From a phage: a stretch of DNA of 64,000 nucleotides. A model generated the notes under the pieces. That model worked only from the letters and a program-made list of their open reading frames with translations, made no database searches and had not been told where the DNA came from. The stretch lies in the sequence record PZ445431.1; one strand, written 5' to 3'. Each line of letters opens with the position of its first letter. Position 1 is the stretch's first letter. A program made the position numbers and the translations under genes. Positions 31,230 to 41,574 of this stretch are shown in pieces.

Positions 31230-32576
31230 TTATGCCTTAAATACTTCCTGGGCTAATCTAACTGCTTTCTTCGGAGTCATAGTAATAGTTTTCCATGCGT
31301 TATTGCGATACACGGCCATACGTCCAGAAGCCTGTCTTAAACCAGTACCTCCTTTCATAATTAAATCTACAACAATCGGATCTAGTTTTCCGTCAACAAT
31401 ACGTTGAACGCGACCTGCTAGCTGTTCTATGAGAGATTCATTATTAATGAGACTTCCCATTATTAAACAAGATAGCTCGTTAAGAGAAATACCTTCTGAG
31501 AAGATACTCTGAGCTGCTGCAAGTACACAAGGTCCGCCCTCCGCTACATCTTTCTGGATTCTCAATCGATCATCCAAAGGAGTTGCACCTATAATCTCAT
31601 AGGTTGTAACACCACGTTGTGCGAGAGCTTCTAGTATTGTTTGAATTAGTTCTGTTCTATCACTTACAAAGAGAACCTTATGCCCCATAGACACATATAA
31701 ATGAGCTAGATTTATAATAGTCTCTCGATATTCAGGATGGTTATACACATCGTTAGCACGTAATGCCCACGGTACGTTCTGGTTTCCTGATAACTCAACA
31801 GGCACGGAGTACCTATGGATTGTGGGTGGAACAGTGTTATTAACAGGCGGACTAAAGATCTTATATCCAAAGAAATCTTTGAACATAACTTGTAGGCCGT
31901 CTTTACGCTTTAACGTACCTGATAAACCAATCTTGTAGCGAGCACACGAGATCTCTAGAAAATTAGTGAAAGTTGTAGCCACACAGTGGTGAACTTCATC
32001 AACTATAACAGTACCGAACACCTTAGAAAGATTATTCGCATGTTTATTCACGGTTTGTATATTACTGACCACGATTGGTGGATCAATATTATACTTTCCA
32101 GAACCTATAATACCAGGCTCGAATCCAAACCATTTACGAACTTCTGCAGCCCACATTTCACGAATGGATGTGTTGGTACAGATTACCAGAGTTTTCTGGC
32201 CAAACTTATATGCAAGAGCTAGCGCTAAGATAGTTTTACCAAATCCAGGCTTACCATTAATAATACAAGTATCATCACACTCTTCATATATAGGAAGCTG
32301 ATCTTCTTCACGTAGCTTGAACTGAGGTTCTGGTATTTCTACTGGAGCTAACGTGCGTTTATCAACTAATTCGTATTTCACTCCCTTAGCATCTAGTAAA
32401 TCCAGACGCGTAATGGGGATCCACTTAATCTCTTTAGCCACAACACCACTATTCTTATACATAATAGGGTATTTACTAGTCATTGTCTCAATGTGATAAG
32501 TGGTTTGCTTACTACAATAATCCCAGAGTTCATCATCGGGCTTGAAATAGGCTTTATTAGATATAACAACCTTCAT
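31230..32576 (-). CDS. SF2 DNA helicase (T5 D10-type)
   Basis: 448 aa; Walker A GKPGFGKT, Walker B VIVDEVHH. Confidence 0.8.
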   Translation of the reverse strand: MKVVISNKAYFKPDDELWDYCSKQTTYHIETMTSKYPIMYKNSGVVAKEIKWIPITRLDLLDAKGVKYELVDKRTLAPVEIPEPQFKLREEDQLPIYEECDDTCIINGKPGFGKTILALALAYKFGQKTLVICTNTSIREMWAAEVRKWFGFEPGIIGSGKYNIDPPIVVSNIQTVNKHANNLSKVFGTVIVDEVHHCVATTFTNFLEISCARYKIGLSGTLKRKDGLQVMFKDFFGYKIFSPPVNNTVPPTIHRYSVPVELSGNQNVPWALRANDVYNHPEYRETIINLAHLYVSMGHKVLFVSDRTELIQTILEALAQRGVTTYEIIGATPLDDRLRIQKDVAEGGPCVLAAAQSIFSEGISLNELSCLIMGSLINNESLIEQLAGRVQRIVDGKLDPIVVDLIMKGGTGLRQASGRMAVYRNNAWKTITMTPKKAVRLAQEVFKA

Positions 32577-33070
32577 AATTTTATTCTAAGTCTAGGAATT
32601 TCAGGCTCCTCTTGATGGACTTGATAAATAACAGGGCTATTATTTACCAGAATATAGCTTATATAAGCTGGAACATAGGATAGCACGAATGGATACGGGA
32701 CTTTAGCCACATAGCATTGATACTTTCCATTATAAATTCTTGCAGAATGCAGAACTTTAGACGTGATAACATCATAGAACGTAGTTTTCTTCCAGTTAAT
32801 GAGATTTCCATCAGAATCTATGAACTGGCTACGCTTTGACCCAACTAATTGGGACAACATTGATATTCTACCACGAATAGGATAGAGCTTATAAGGTAAT
32901 TCTTTCCGCTTCTCAAATAAGGCTAACCTACGTTGAGAGAATGTGCCAGGCAACTCCCTGTTATCCAGCACATATTTATTATATCTTGTTGTAATTACGG
33001 AATAATCACCTTCCTGCTCAATTGATACAAACGCCCGTAAAGCATATACGGGCAATTTGAAATCAAGCAC
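32573..33070 (-). CDS. hypothetical protein
   Basis: 165-aa ORF; GTG start overlapping polymerase stop. Confidence 0.35.
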   Translation of the reverse strand: MLDFKLPVYALRAFVSIEQEGDYSVITTRYNKYVLDNRELPGTFSQRRLALFEKRKELPYKLYPIRGRISMLSQLVGSKRSQFIDSDGNLINWKKTTFYDVITSKVLHSARIYNGKYQCYVAKVPYPFVLSYVPAYISYILVNNSPVIYQVHQEEPEIPRLRIKL

Positions 33071-35630
33071 CTAAAATCCTTTTCACATTATCCAGATCTT
33101 TACATACAGCAATAAACTTATCATCCTTGTACTTGCTGTGGTCTGGATGCTCTTTATCCATTGCAGCTAACTTCTTATACTCGAAATCTGCATCGAGTAA
33201 TACACCCTTAACATAACGAGTATACTCATCATCATCAATACAAGCGATTGATGGGTGCTGTTTCTTCATCTTACCACAAGAGTAGTCACGAGAACCACCT
33301 TTCTCGGAATCAGAATCAATACCGATTGGGCAGCCAGGGATACTAATACCACGATCCTTCTGGATGCTACGAATCAGAATCTCGTTATACTGATCGATCA
33401 GATCTTCACGTACAATGGCAACCACGGAGTCGTGAACCAACATGACGATCTTCATCTCTTTTCCTAGACCCAGTGACAGGATTTCTTCATCAGCATCAAT
33501 AGCACCTAACAACAGGCTATCAGAAGATGCAGACTGAATGATTGCGTTAAATCCAGAACGGATTTCTTCACCCTGAACACCACGATCTTCGGAATGGATG
33601 TTGTGCAGACGACGCTTACGACCAAAGTGACTATAGATGAATCCAAAGTTCTTGATCTGATCGTGGCACTTATCAATCCAACGCTTAAGCTGAGGGAACT
33701 GACCGAAGTAAGTTTCGATATAGTCCTTAGCATCTGCAACGGTACATTCAACAAACGGTTCGCCTGTCTTAGCAGCCTGTTCCAGAAGAGCTTCGTTAAC
33801 AGAATGAGCTACTTTCGCTGGGCCAGAACCATACAGAATACCGAAGGTAATTGCCTTAGCAGCTTGACGCAGAGCTGGGAACAATTTCTTAACATCACGC
33901 GGTTCACAGGTCAGTTTAAATACCATGTGTGCGATGTTAGAGTGGAAGTCAGGGTATTTATCCGGCTCATTCTTCATGTTGATAAATACTTGTTGCATGT
34001 TTCTGTCACCAGACAGTACAGCAGCGTAATAAACTTCCGCAGTTGTTAAGTCCCATGCGATTACACGGTATCCCGGAGGAGCTACTACACAACCCTTGAT
34101 AATAGATTCATCACGTGGTAACTGTTGCAGGTTCAGCTTACCAGAAGAACTCAGACGACCAGAAGTAGTCATATGTTCATGGAAACCAGTACGAATGCAA
34201 CCATCTGCATCGATGCTCAGAAGAATCTTCTCAACATAAGTAGAGATCAGCTTAGTCAGCTTACGAATCTCTAGCAGAGTTTTCGCAATCGGGTGCTGAG
34301 TAGCCAATTCATTCAGAGCTTCTGCGTTTGTAGAATCTGCACCTGTATCCGTCAATTTACCCGTTGGAGTCAAACCAACATAATCAAACAGAAGAACACG
34401 GAGTTGCTTAACAGAGTTCGGGTTAAACGCTTCGTTCTGATTCTTCTCCAGCTGAACGACTTCTGGATAAGTATACAGCTTCTCACGAGCCATATTTAAT
34501 CGATGTGTCAACTGATACTGAGCTTCTTTCAAGCGATCAACGGAAATCGGTACACCACGATCTTCAACACGTTGCAGGAATACACAACCAGGCATCAGAA
34601 CTTCGTAGTATAGACTGCAAAGCTTTTCGTTCTTCTCAATTTTTGGTAAGAAGAAGTTATGCAGACGCAGAGTAGCATCGGTATCTTTTGCAGCATATGG
34701 CCACATAATATCAAAAGGAATCAGATCATAGCTGAAATCCTCTTTTTTGATCTTATGTGCCTTGCAATAATCATCCTTGAACTTATCCAGTTCAAAGTCA
34801 TAGTCACCCATGTCAGTGTACTTCATAGCCAGAGATTTCAAGCCGTGAGTACCACGACGTTCATCGAGAACATAGTGTTGTAACATGGTATCGTGAAGTC
34901 TACGCTCTTTATGTGCTTTCTCGAAGGAAAGTCCTAGATGATAGGAGTAAAAGTGCATATCGAACTTCAAGTTATGAAAAACGATCTGATGATTCTTGCT
35001 ATCCAGAATTTTCTGGAGATAATGTACAGCTACTTCGGTGATGCTGTCAGAGTCAATATAGACACCCTGATACTCTTGGTGAGACATAGAAACACCAAGA
35101 AGATAACCATCACGAGCATACAGAGCTGAGGTTTCGGAGTCGAATGCGATAGGTCCGATAACCATATTATACACCATCTTGATGTATTCTTCAGCTTCAT
35201 CTGGATCAGTAATAGGACGATAATCACCAGCTTTTGCAATCTTCTCACGACCATTAATAATGTCATGAATACTTTCAACAGTAGCATCGAAAACTGGTTT
35301 CATTTCAGGTTTAAAGTGTAGCTGAGCTGGACTAATACTTGCAATCCAGTTGGCATAGCCACCATGCTCTACACGTTTACCAGTATAATCACCTATACCT
35401 TTCTTACCTGCGAAATACAGGAAAGGTTCAGCACCGACTAGCACAACAAAATCGTAATCGTTCGGATCGAACGGGTTATCTGGAGTTCCGATTGTAATAT
35501 GCTTTTTCAGCAAACGACCAGATAACTTCTCGTTACACATATGGAATACATCAACTTCCTCACCATAAAGCTGGAAGTGTTTATCATAACGAGTGTTATT
35601 TAGAGCTTTATCAACTACTGCAATTTTCAA
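33063..35630 (-). CDS. DNA polymerase (family A, T5 D9-type) with 3'-5' exonuclease domain
   Basis: 855 aa; N-terminus MKIAVVDKALNN as recalled for T5 polymerase; Pol A motifs (RRLHDTMLQHY, KAITFGILYG); apparent TTG start. Confidence 0.9.
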   Translation of the reverse strand: MKIAVVDKALNNTRYDKHFQLYGEEVDVFHMCNEKLSGRLLKKHITIGTPDNPFDPNDYDFVVLVGAEPFLYFAGKKGIGDYTGKRVEHGGYANWIASISPAQLHFKPEMKPVFDATVESIHDIINGREKIAKAGDYRPITDPDEAEEYIKMVYNMVIGPIAFDSETSALYARDGYLLGVSMSHQEYQGVYIDSDSITEVAVHYLQKILDSKNHQIVFHNLKFDMHFYSYHLGLSFEKAHKERRLHDTMLQHYVLDERRGTHGLKSLAMKYTDMGDYDFELDKFKDDYCKAHKIKKEDFSYDLIPFDIMWPYAAKDTDATLRLHNFFLPKIEKNEKLCSLYYEVLMPGCVFLQRVEDRGVPISVDRLKEAQYQLTHRLNMAREKLYTYPEVVQLEKNQNEAFNPNSVKQLRVLLFDYVGLTPTGKLTDTGADSTNAEALNELATQHPIAKTLLEIRKLTKLISTYVEKILLSIDADGCIRTGFHEHMTTSGRLSSSGKLNLQQLPRDESIIKGCVVAPPGYRVIAWDLTTAEVYYAAVLSGDRNMQQVFINMKNEPDKYPDFHSNIAHMVFKLTCEPRDVKKLFPALRQAAKAITFGILYGSGPAKVAHSVNEALLEQAAKTGEPFVECTVADAKDYIETYFGQFPQLKRWIDKCHDQIKNFGFIYSHFGRKRRLHNIHSEDRGVQGEEIRSGFNAIIQSASSDSLLLGAIDADEEILSLGLGKEMKIVMLVHDSVVAIVREDLIDQYNEILIRSIQKDRGISIPGCPIGIDSDSEKGGSRDYSCGKMKKQHPSIACIDDDEYTRYVKGVLLDADFEYKKLAAMDKEHPDHSKYKDDKFIAVCKDLDNVKRILGA

Positions 35631-35692
35631 ATTTAGTCTCCTTTTGGTAAGTAAGTATAACTTCAGTGTTTCTTCTCTAACTTACCAATATA

Positions 35693-36583
35693 TTATACCA
35701 AATCTTTGAGCGATTCGGCAACTAAAATTTCAATACGTTGAGCCAACATATCGATCTCTTCTTTATTTAAATCACCTGGGTCTTTACCTTCTGGAAGAAG
35801 GAAGTTACCAACTACAGGTGTTAAACGTGTTTTTGTACGAATTAGCTTCGCTAGTGCTTGAGCAGCTTTATTACCAGAGGCATCATTATCTAGCAAGATA
35901 ACAACTACTCTTACTCCAGCAATAATGTAAGGACTGAACTTATCAGCAATGTTATCAGATGTAAACTGATGTGTACCAAAGCAGCAAGAAGCATAATCCA
36001 CACCGTTGTCTTCTAGATTTAACATATCAAAGATACCTTCAACTAGAACAAGAACTGGTGTATTATATCGTACGGGGAAAATCGGTGGTGAAACTTGTTT
36101 TGGTTTTACTAAGTATTTAGGAGGGGCAGAACTGTTTATAGAACGTCCCAGGAATAGGATATTGCGTCCAACAGCATCTGTTATTGGGAATACAATTCTG
36201 CCTTCCCAGTCTGCTTGATGTTGGAAAGCAAAATATTTCTTCAAGGTCTTAGAACTGATACCTCGGAAATCACCTTCGAAAAGGTAAGCAGATTCAGGAA
36301 TTGCAAGATTCGTAGATCCATTCCTAATCTCTGAAATCTTTTTACGTACTTGTGACAATCTTGGTGACTGTCTGTACTGAGTCTCATTAAAATAATGGTA
36401 AATGCTCGGTATTCCTCTACCGAAGCCACAGCTCAAGCAATGCATAATACCTGATTCAGGATCAATACGCAAGCTTGGGTGTTTATCATCATGATCTGGA
36501 TTGAGACAACAGATGAGGATGTCCCCACCTGTGTCTTTGTATTCAATGCCTTTCAGATCAAGTAGTTCTGTTATTCTACTCAT
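35693..36583 (-). CDS. DNA primase (zinc finger + TOPRIM)
   Basis: 296 aa; zinc ribbon CCLNPDHDDKHPS...MHCLSCG; TOPRIM-like VVVILLDNDASG. Confidence 0.7.
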   Translation of the reverse strand: MSRITELLDLKGIEYKDTGGDILICCLNPDHDDKHPSLRIDPESGIMHCLSCGFGRGIPSIYHYFNETQYRQSPRLSQVRKKISEIRNGSTNLAIPESAYLFEGDFRGISSKTLKKYFAFQHQADWEGRIVFPITDAVGRNILFLGRSINSSAPPKYLVKPKQVSPPIFPVRYNTPVLVLVEGIFDMLNLEDNGVDYASCCFGTHQFTSDNIADKFSPYIIAGVRVVVILLDNDASGNKAAQALAKLIRTKTRLTPVVGNFLLPEGKDPGDLNKEEIDMLAQRIEILVAESLKDLV

Positions 36584-38103
36584 ATATCACTGGCCTGTTC
36601 ACCTGTTGAATTTTCAGCTTTGTCTTTCTTAGCACGTTTAGGTTGAGCTGGTTTATCCTTTTCAATAGGAATAACGAACTCAGCTTCCATTTGCGCAATA
36701 TCTTCCATTGCTAGGTTGGTAGTGTTATCCATTCGCAGAGTTTCCCAGTTCATCTTAGGCATAAACTTCACGCTATCAGAGGAACGAGTCTTAACGAAGT
36801 CAAACATAATAGCACCTTGACCATTATCAGCTTTTGCAGCATTAAGGTTGGCAGCCATGTCCGCGGAATCTAGGATACCTTTAGACATACGCGTTCTACC
36901 ATCTTGGTCAATCTGGTAAGGAGCAACACCAGCCACGTTATATTTCTGGCAGATAGATTTGAAAGACGAACTAACAACCATCTGTTCCTTCCAGTCATAC
37001 ATATCAATGGTCTTTGAATCTGGAAGTCTTGTTTGGTTAATATAGTCTAGAAGGGCTACAGTAACCTTATCACCATACTTAGCAACTAGTTTATTTAATT
37101 CTACGTCAACCGTCGTAATAGACAGTTCAGGATCGTAAACGATGATCATAGGAGTGTGAAGTTCATAGCTTTCAAGTAGTTTACTTTCCATATCATAGAA
37201 GTCACTCATTTTAGCCATAGTGTATTGCTTAACGAAGTTATCGAAAAGCTCTTCACCACCATTAAACATCCTAGCCCTAGTTCTGGCTAATCTCAACAGA
37301 GCAGCACCTTCAAGAGTGTTATTACGCATTGCTAATGCAGATACTCCAGCCAACATAGCCAGATTACGTCTAAACACTTCGTGCTCTTTCATCTCAATTG
37401 AAAAATATGGAGCAATGTCTCCATTCAAATATTGCTGAACCTGTATGTTTGAACAGATAATGGATTTACCAGTACCACGCCAACCACCAAGCAGTAACGT
37501 TTCTGTGCGAGCTAAACCAATTTGAGCGTCGAACTCATTACAAATACCAAGAGCGATCAAGTTCAGTTTGGTATCTTCTTCTCTCTGGAAAATACGCATT
37601 GTGTCTGCGTTGAATACCTTTCCAGTATTCGTTACTTTCTCTTCTAATTTTAAGTGAAGGGAGGCAACTCGGTTGAGAATTTCTCCCTGATCCAGCATTG
37701 TTAAATCTTGAAGCACGTCTGTTTCTAGAAGTTTCAGGAATAGATCCTGTGTATATTCGGCTTCTAGGACTTCAAGCGCCTGTTCCATGCTCACTTCTGG
37801 AATTTGAGTGTTAGCTAAGACGATAAGAGCTTGAGAAAGGCGGGCGTTCCTATTGGCCTCAAGCATCAGTGCGTCAATGGACGGCATTGCGTTATATTTC
37901 TTATAATAATTCTGGACGGCTTGGTAAATTGAGGAGAAAGCGTCATTAAAATGATCTTTATGCAGTTTTGAGAATGTTTCCAATGCTATTTGCTTCTGTT
38001 CAGAAGCGAGAAGCATCTTCAACACTACAGCTTGCACGTTAAACAAGGTCATTCTCCTTTGCACGCTTTCGTGCCTTCTAAATGCAAAAAGGGGAAGGAG
38101 CAT
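36580..38103 (-). CDS. replicative helicase-like P-loop ATPase (DnaB/RecA fold)
   Basis: 507 aa; Walker A GGWRGTGKS; position between primase and DNA-binding protein. Confidence 0.55.
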   Translation of the reverse strand: MLLPLFAFRRHESVQRRMTLFNVQAVVLKMLLASEQKQIALETFSKLHKDHFNDAFSSIYQAVQNYYKKYNAMPSIDALMLEANRNARLSQALIVLANTQIPEVSMEQALEVLEAEYTQDLFLKLLETDVLQDLTMLDQGEILNRVASLHLKLEEKVTNTGKVFNADTMRIFQREEDTKLNLIALGICNEFDAQIGLARTETLLLGGWRGTGKSIICSNIQVQQYLNGDIAPYFSIEMKEHEVFRRNLAMLAGVSALAMRNNTLEGAALLRLARTRARMFNGGEELFDNFVKQYTMAKMSDFYDMESKLLESYELHTPMIIVYDPELSITTVDVELNKLVAKYGDKVTVALLDYINQTRLPDSKTIDMYDWKEQMVVSSSFKSICQKYNVAGVAPYQIDQDGRTRMSKGILDSADMAANLNAAKADNGQGAIMFDFVKTRSSDSVKFMPKMNWETLRMDNTTNLAMEDIAQMEAEFVIPIEKDKPAQPKRAKKDKAENSTGEQASDI

Positions 38104-38134
38104 AGCCCCCTCCCCTTAGGTTTAATTTACCAGA

Positions 38135-38902
38135 TTATTCAGCAGCCGCAGCTTTTGCATCCAGTTTAGCACGCTTAGCAGCACCATCATAGTCCTTAGC
38201 AACCAGACCACGACGAGACAGCATAGATTTAACACCGCGCTCAGACTTACCAGTTTTCTCAGCGATCTCAGCAACAGTCATGTTAGCCAGATCCAGACCT
38301 TCTAACAGATCTTCACGAGTCTTAGCACTTGATGTTTCCTGTACCGGCATAGCAGCGATACGACCTTCACGAAGCAGGCTCAGAGCTTTACCACGGATCT
38401 GCTTAATATTACGACCGAAGTGAGCAGCGATAGCTTCAATAGTAGCACCAGCAACAACCTGATTAACGAAATCAGTTTCTTCGTCAGGAGTGAAGGAACG
38501 AACAGCAGCAGCTTTTTCAGTTGGCTTAACAGAAGCAGTCATTTCCAGACTCAGGATCTTACCCTGTACCTGCTTAGCACCGAACTGACCACCAGCTACA
38601 GCAGCAGCGATTTCAGCGTAAGTATACTGACCAGCATGAGCGTTCAGGAAATCAACCAGTTCAGCTTCCTGCTCAGGAGTCCACGGGGATTTCTGTACTT
38701 CGTTAGCTTTCTGTACTTCGAAACCTTCTTTACGCAGCTTAGAGCCAACAGAGCGAGCGGTAACGTCTTTACCAGTCTCGGTAGCCAGTTCAGCAGCGAT
38801 AGCAGCTACTTGTTCTTGAGAGATTACAGCAACACCCAGAGCAGTGGCTTTTGCTTTCAGAGACTCGGTTACACCTTCTACGTTCCAGTTCAGTTTAGAC
38901 AT
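38135..38902 (-). CDS. abundant DNA-binding protein with repeated HTH-like modules
   Basis: 255 aa; Ala-rich, strongly optimised codons; three similar modules (KQVQGKILSLE / KQIRGKALSLLREG / KSERGVKSMLSRRG). Confidence 0.4.
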   Translation of the reverse strand: MSKLNWNVEGVTESLKAKATALGVAVISQEQVAAIAAELATETGKDVTARSVGSKLRKEGFEVQKANEVQKSPWTPEQEAELVDFLNAHAGQYTYAEIAAAVAGGQFGAKQVQGKILSLEMTASVKPTEKAAAVRSFTPDEETDFVNQVVAGATIEAIAAHFGRNIKQIRGKALSLLREGRIAAMPVQETSSAKTREDLLEGLDLANMTVAEIAEKTGKSERGVKSMLSRRGLVAKDYDGAAKRAKLDAKAAAAE

Positions 38903-39677
38903 TATTATTTTTCTCCAATAGTTCTTTAATCGACAGGATTTCTATCCCATTCGTTTCGGCTTTCTTATAAGATGAGGAAGAACGTTTTGATTCATCCTCA
39001 CAGATTAGGTATTTGACGTCTTTGGTAACGGACTTCTTAACCGTATATCCTAGACTTTCTAAATAGTTTGTTGCATCCGTTCGATTTGCAAAATCTTGCA
39101 AAGATCCGGTAATACAGACCGTGATTTCATTTGGTTGGGCAACTAAATCATCTGTAATGATGATATCAGCTTTAGTACCTCGAATACCAGTTGAGAATTT
39201 CCACGGTAATTCAATAACATCCTTGCCTTGTGGGGAATTTAGCCAGGTTTTGTAATTTTCTCCAGCCTTGCCGTCAGCCTTCACATCGTAGAAGCTAGTG
39301 CAATTTTGGGACAGTTTCTTTGCTGCAACCTCTCCAATAAGAGGAATTCCTAAAGAACCTAGAACTGAACCAAAGTCAATGTCTCCGCGAACCTTAGTAT
39401 TTAACTCGCTAATCAACTTAGTGGCAACCTTGCTACCCACAGCTCCGACCAAATCTTCTTCGGTCAGGTAAAACAGTTCTGAGATCTTAGTCAGTTCCAG
39501 CTTCTCAATAGTTTTCGGGCCAAAGCCCTTTAACTTCATTTTTGTGCAGAAGTTCTCGATTAACTTACTTGATTGCGCTGGACAGTTGGACTTATTCCTA
39601 CAGAATAATTGCCCGTTGACAAGATCTAGCTTAGAACCACAAGAGGGACATTGTGTTGGAATTTCGATTTTCATCAA
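38895..39677 (-). CDS. NAD-dependent DNA ligase, C-terminal part (Zn finger-HhH-BRCT)
   Basis: 260 aa beginning with Cys4 zinc ribbon CPSCGSKLDL...CRNKSNC; HhH-like segments. Confidence 0.75.
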   Translation of the reverse strand: MMKIEIPTQCPSCGSKLDLVNGQLFCRNKSNCPAQSSKLIENFCTKMKLKGFGPKTIEKLELTKISELFYLTEEDLVGAVGSKVATKLISELNTKVRGDIDFGSVLGSLGIPLIGEVAAKKLSQNCTSFYDVKADGKAGENYKTWLNSPQGKDVIELPWKFSTGIRGTKADIIITDDLVAQPNEITVCITGSLQDFANRTDATNYLESLGYTVKKSVTKDVKYLICEDESKRSSSSYKKAETNGIEILSIKELLEKNNNV

Positions 39678-39703
39678 ATTTCTTCCTTATCAATTTATAT
39701 AAA

Positions 39704-39732
39704 TATTATAGCAAGTATTTAAGCATTTAGCA
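39704..39732 (-). promoter_or_regulatory. T5-type early promoter inside the ligase split
   Basis: minus strand TTGCTA - 17 nt - TATAAT followed by AAGGAAG RBS and the C-terminal ligase ATG. Confidence 0.55.
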
Positions 39733-40032
39733 ACTACAATTTTAACTAACTTTGCTTACCATCGCCATAACTTTCTATCCCTCAACTGAATGATAATAGT
39801 ATATACCTAAGCGGCGAAAATGTCAATAGCTACTTTATAATTTTACTATGGAGAACGGGCAAATTTACTATACGCACATTCATATCCTAGGGGTGTTAAC
39901 ATAATGTACACATTTCCTAGCTGCTTTTCCTTTGCTAGGCCAAGCTCTATAAGAGAAGTATAGTCACCAAGCATATCCCATACTTTAGTGGGACCATTCC
40001 AAAATAATTTCTCTAGTGCCTCGAGCATACTG

Positions 40033-41004
40033 CTATTCATAAACTCGCTCCACGATACAAGGTATTACACCACCAGCACGAATCACTCGAATCTGGCAAC
40101 CGATCTCTAAATCGAGAGCGTTAATATAATCAACGTTATTAAGAGTTGCTTTAACAATTGTGGCATCATCAATAATCACCGGCTCGAAATAACCAACTGG
40201 AGTTACTTTACCAGAAGCCCCTACTTGCCATTCAACTTTAACAAGTGTGGTAATTTCGCCTTCTTCATCCTCTTTAATAGCAAATGCACCACGAGGAAAT
40301 TTATTAGTCCAACCTTCACGGAAGAATTTATTGTTGTCGTTAATGCGAACAACTTTACCATCTGTCGGAATCCATTTAAAGAAGGAACGAACATTAATAA
40401 CTGTCAAGAAGTTCTCATTCTCTAGCCAAAGCATATCTTTTAAATAGGCTTCTGTAATACCGACTGTTTCCGCTGAACACTGGATACCATATGCAACGAA
40501 GATTAAACCACCTTCACCAATACGTTGGATGAAATCATCGCTGTCTTTCAGGTTAATAGCACCTGAAGCGTAGTTACGCTTGTTCTCTACTTCTTTAGTA
40601 ATGAGAACTTCACCAGTGATTTGAGTTGGTACTTTTTGGGAAATAGTTTTGGGGATGTTCAGCATTTTAACATTATGCGTTACATCATTCCCTAGAATAC
40701 CGTTACCACGAGTTAATGCTTGAACAAATTCACCATTAATATATAATAGAGAAATCGCACAACCATCTAACTTATCAGTTTCAACCTGACCTAATGGATT
40801 GAATGGAGCTTTATCACCACGACCGTAATAGACTTTCTGCAAAGAATACATACGATACAAATGAGGAATATCACCTTTCGGTCCGATTTCTTCCTCTAGA
40901 GGGAATCTTTTAATCAGACGATCATATTCTTCATCGGAAATAAGACTCATTCCCTGGTAGTACGCTTCTTGACAACGTTTGATAAAGTCTTTTACATTAT
41001 TCAT
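40033..41004 (-). CDS. NAD-dependent DNA ligase, N-terminal part (adenylation + OB)
   Basis: 323 aa; KxDG adenylation motif ETDKLDGCA. Confidence 0.8.
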   Translation of the reverse strand: MNNVKDFIKRCQEAYYQGMSLISDEEYDRLIKRFPLEEEIGPKGDIPHLYRMYSLQKVYYGRGDKAPFNPLGQVETDKLDGCAISLLYINGEFVQALTRGNGILGNDVTHNVKMLNIPKTISQKVPTQITGEVLITKEVENKRNYASGAINLKDSDDFIQRIGEGGLIFVAYGIQCSAETVGITEAYLKDMLWLENENFLTVINVRSFFKWIPTDGKVVRINDNNKFFREGWTNKFPRGAFAIKEDEEGEITTLVKVEWQVGASGKVTPVGYFEPVIIDDATIVKATLNNVDYINALDLEIGCQIRVIRAGGVIPCIVERVYE

Positions 41005-41200
41005 CGTCTGTGATTTCCATTTTGAGTTCTTTATTATACTGAGCAGCCATACCAGCCATACCAGCTAAATCAGCAGCTTCTTTCAACCACGCATCTTTGC
41101 ACGCTTTCTGGTTTGGAATGCCGATACTATCCTGATAGTTGATTCTTGCTATGGAGGGCAAATTAAATTTTGCTTGAATCTTTGGAAGTGTTATTGCCAT
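40997..41200 (-). CDS. hypothetical protein
   Basis: 67-aa ORF in operon. Confidence 0.3.
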   Translation of the reverse strand: MAITLPKIQAKFNLPSIARINYQDSIGIPNQKACKDAWLKEAADLAGMAGMAAQYNKELKMEITDDE

Positions 41201-41473
41201 TTACTGTACCTCATATGCTTTAGGCTGAATAGTATCCCCCTGCCATGTAAAGTTCTTACATAAGCAAAGATAGGTAGTCCTTCCCACTCTTTGAGTTATT
41301 GGAGAGTAAATATCAGCAACTAATGTGTTTGCTTCGTAAGCGAGAGATATAAGTTTATATCCCTGTCGAACCATACGTACCTTCTCTCCATTGAGCTTTT
41401 CTTCCCAGGAAAGAACTAAAGACTGTCCTATGTACGGTAAAGGTTTGAGTGGACTTATTTTTATCTTTTTCAT
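41201..41473 (-). CDS. hypothetical protein
   Basis: ORF track 95 aa from 41488; ATG at 41473 has GAGAGGGG SD and lies downstream of promoter. Confidence 0.35.
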   Translation of the reverse strand: MKKIKISPLKPLPYIGQSLVLSWEEKLNGEKVRMVRQGYKLISLAYEANTLVADIYSPITQRVGRTTYLCLCKNFTWQGDTIQPKAYEVQ

Positions 41474-41502
41474 ATTCACCCCTCTCATTAATTTATATAA
41501 CT

Positions 41503-41531
41503 ATTATATAAGAAAATAGGGATGAAAGCAA
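41503..41531 (-). promoter_or_regulatory. T5-type early promoter
   Basis: minus strand TTGCTT - 17 nt - TATAAT. Confidence 0.5.
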
Positions 41532-41550
41532 GTACATTTATAAAGAAAAA

Positions 41551-41574
41551 GCCAAGAACTAGGCATTCTTGGCT
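41551..41574 (-). terminator. rho-independent terminator
   Basis: GCCAAGAA ... TTCTTGGC stem; on minus strand followed by TTTTTCTTT. Confidence 0.6.

Noticed and set aside
33255-35287. Several 60-150 aa ORFs on both strands inside the DNA polymerase gene
   Set aside because: Embedded in an 855-aa polymerase with recognisable Pol A motifs; no independent signals.
38420-38929. 169-aa ORF antisense to the DNA-binding protein gene
   Set aside because: Ser/Phe-rich low-complexity translation; shadow of a highly codon-optimised gene.
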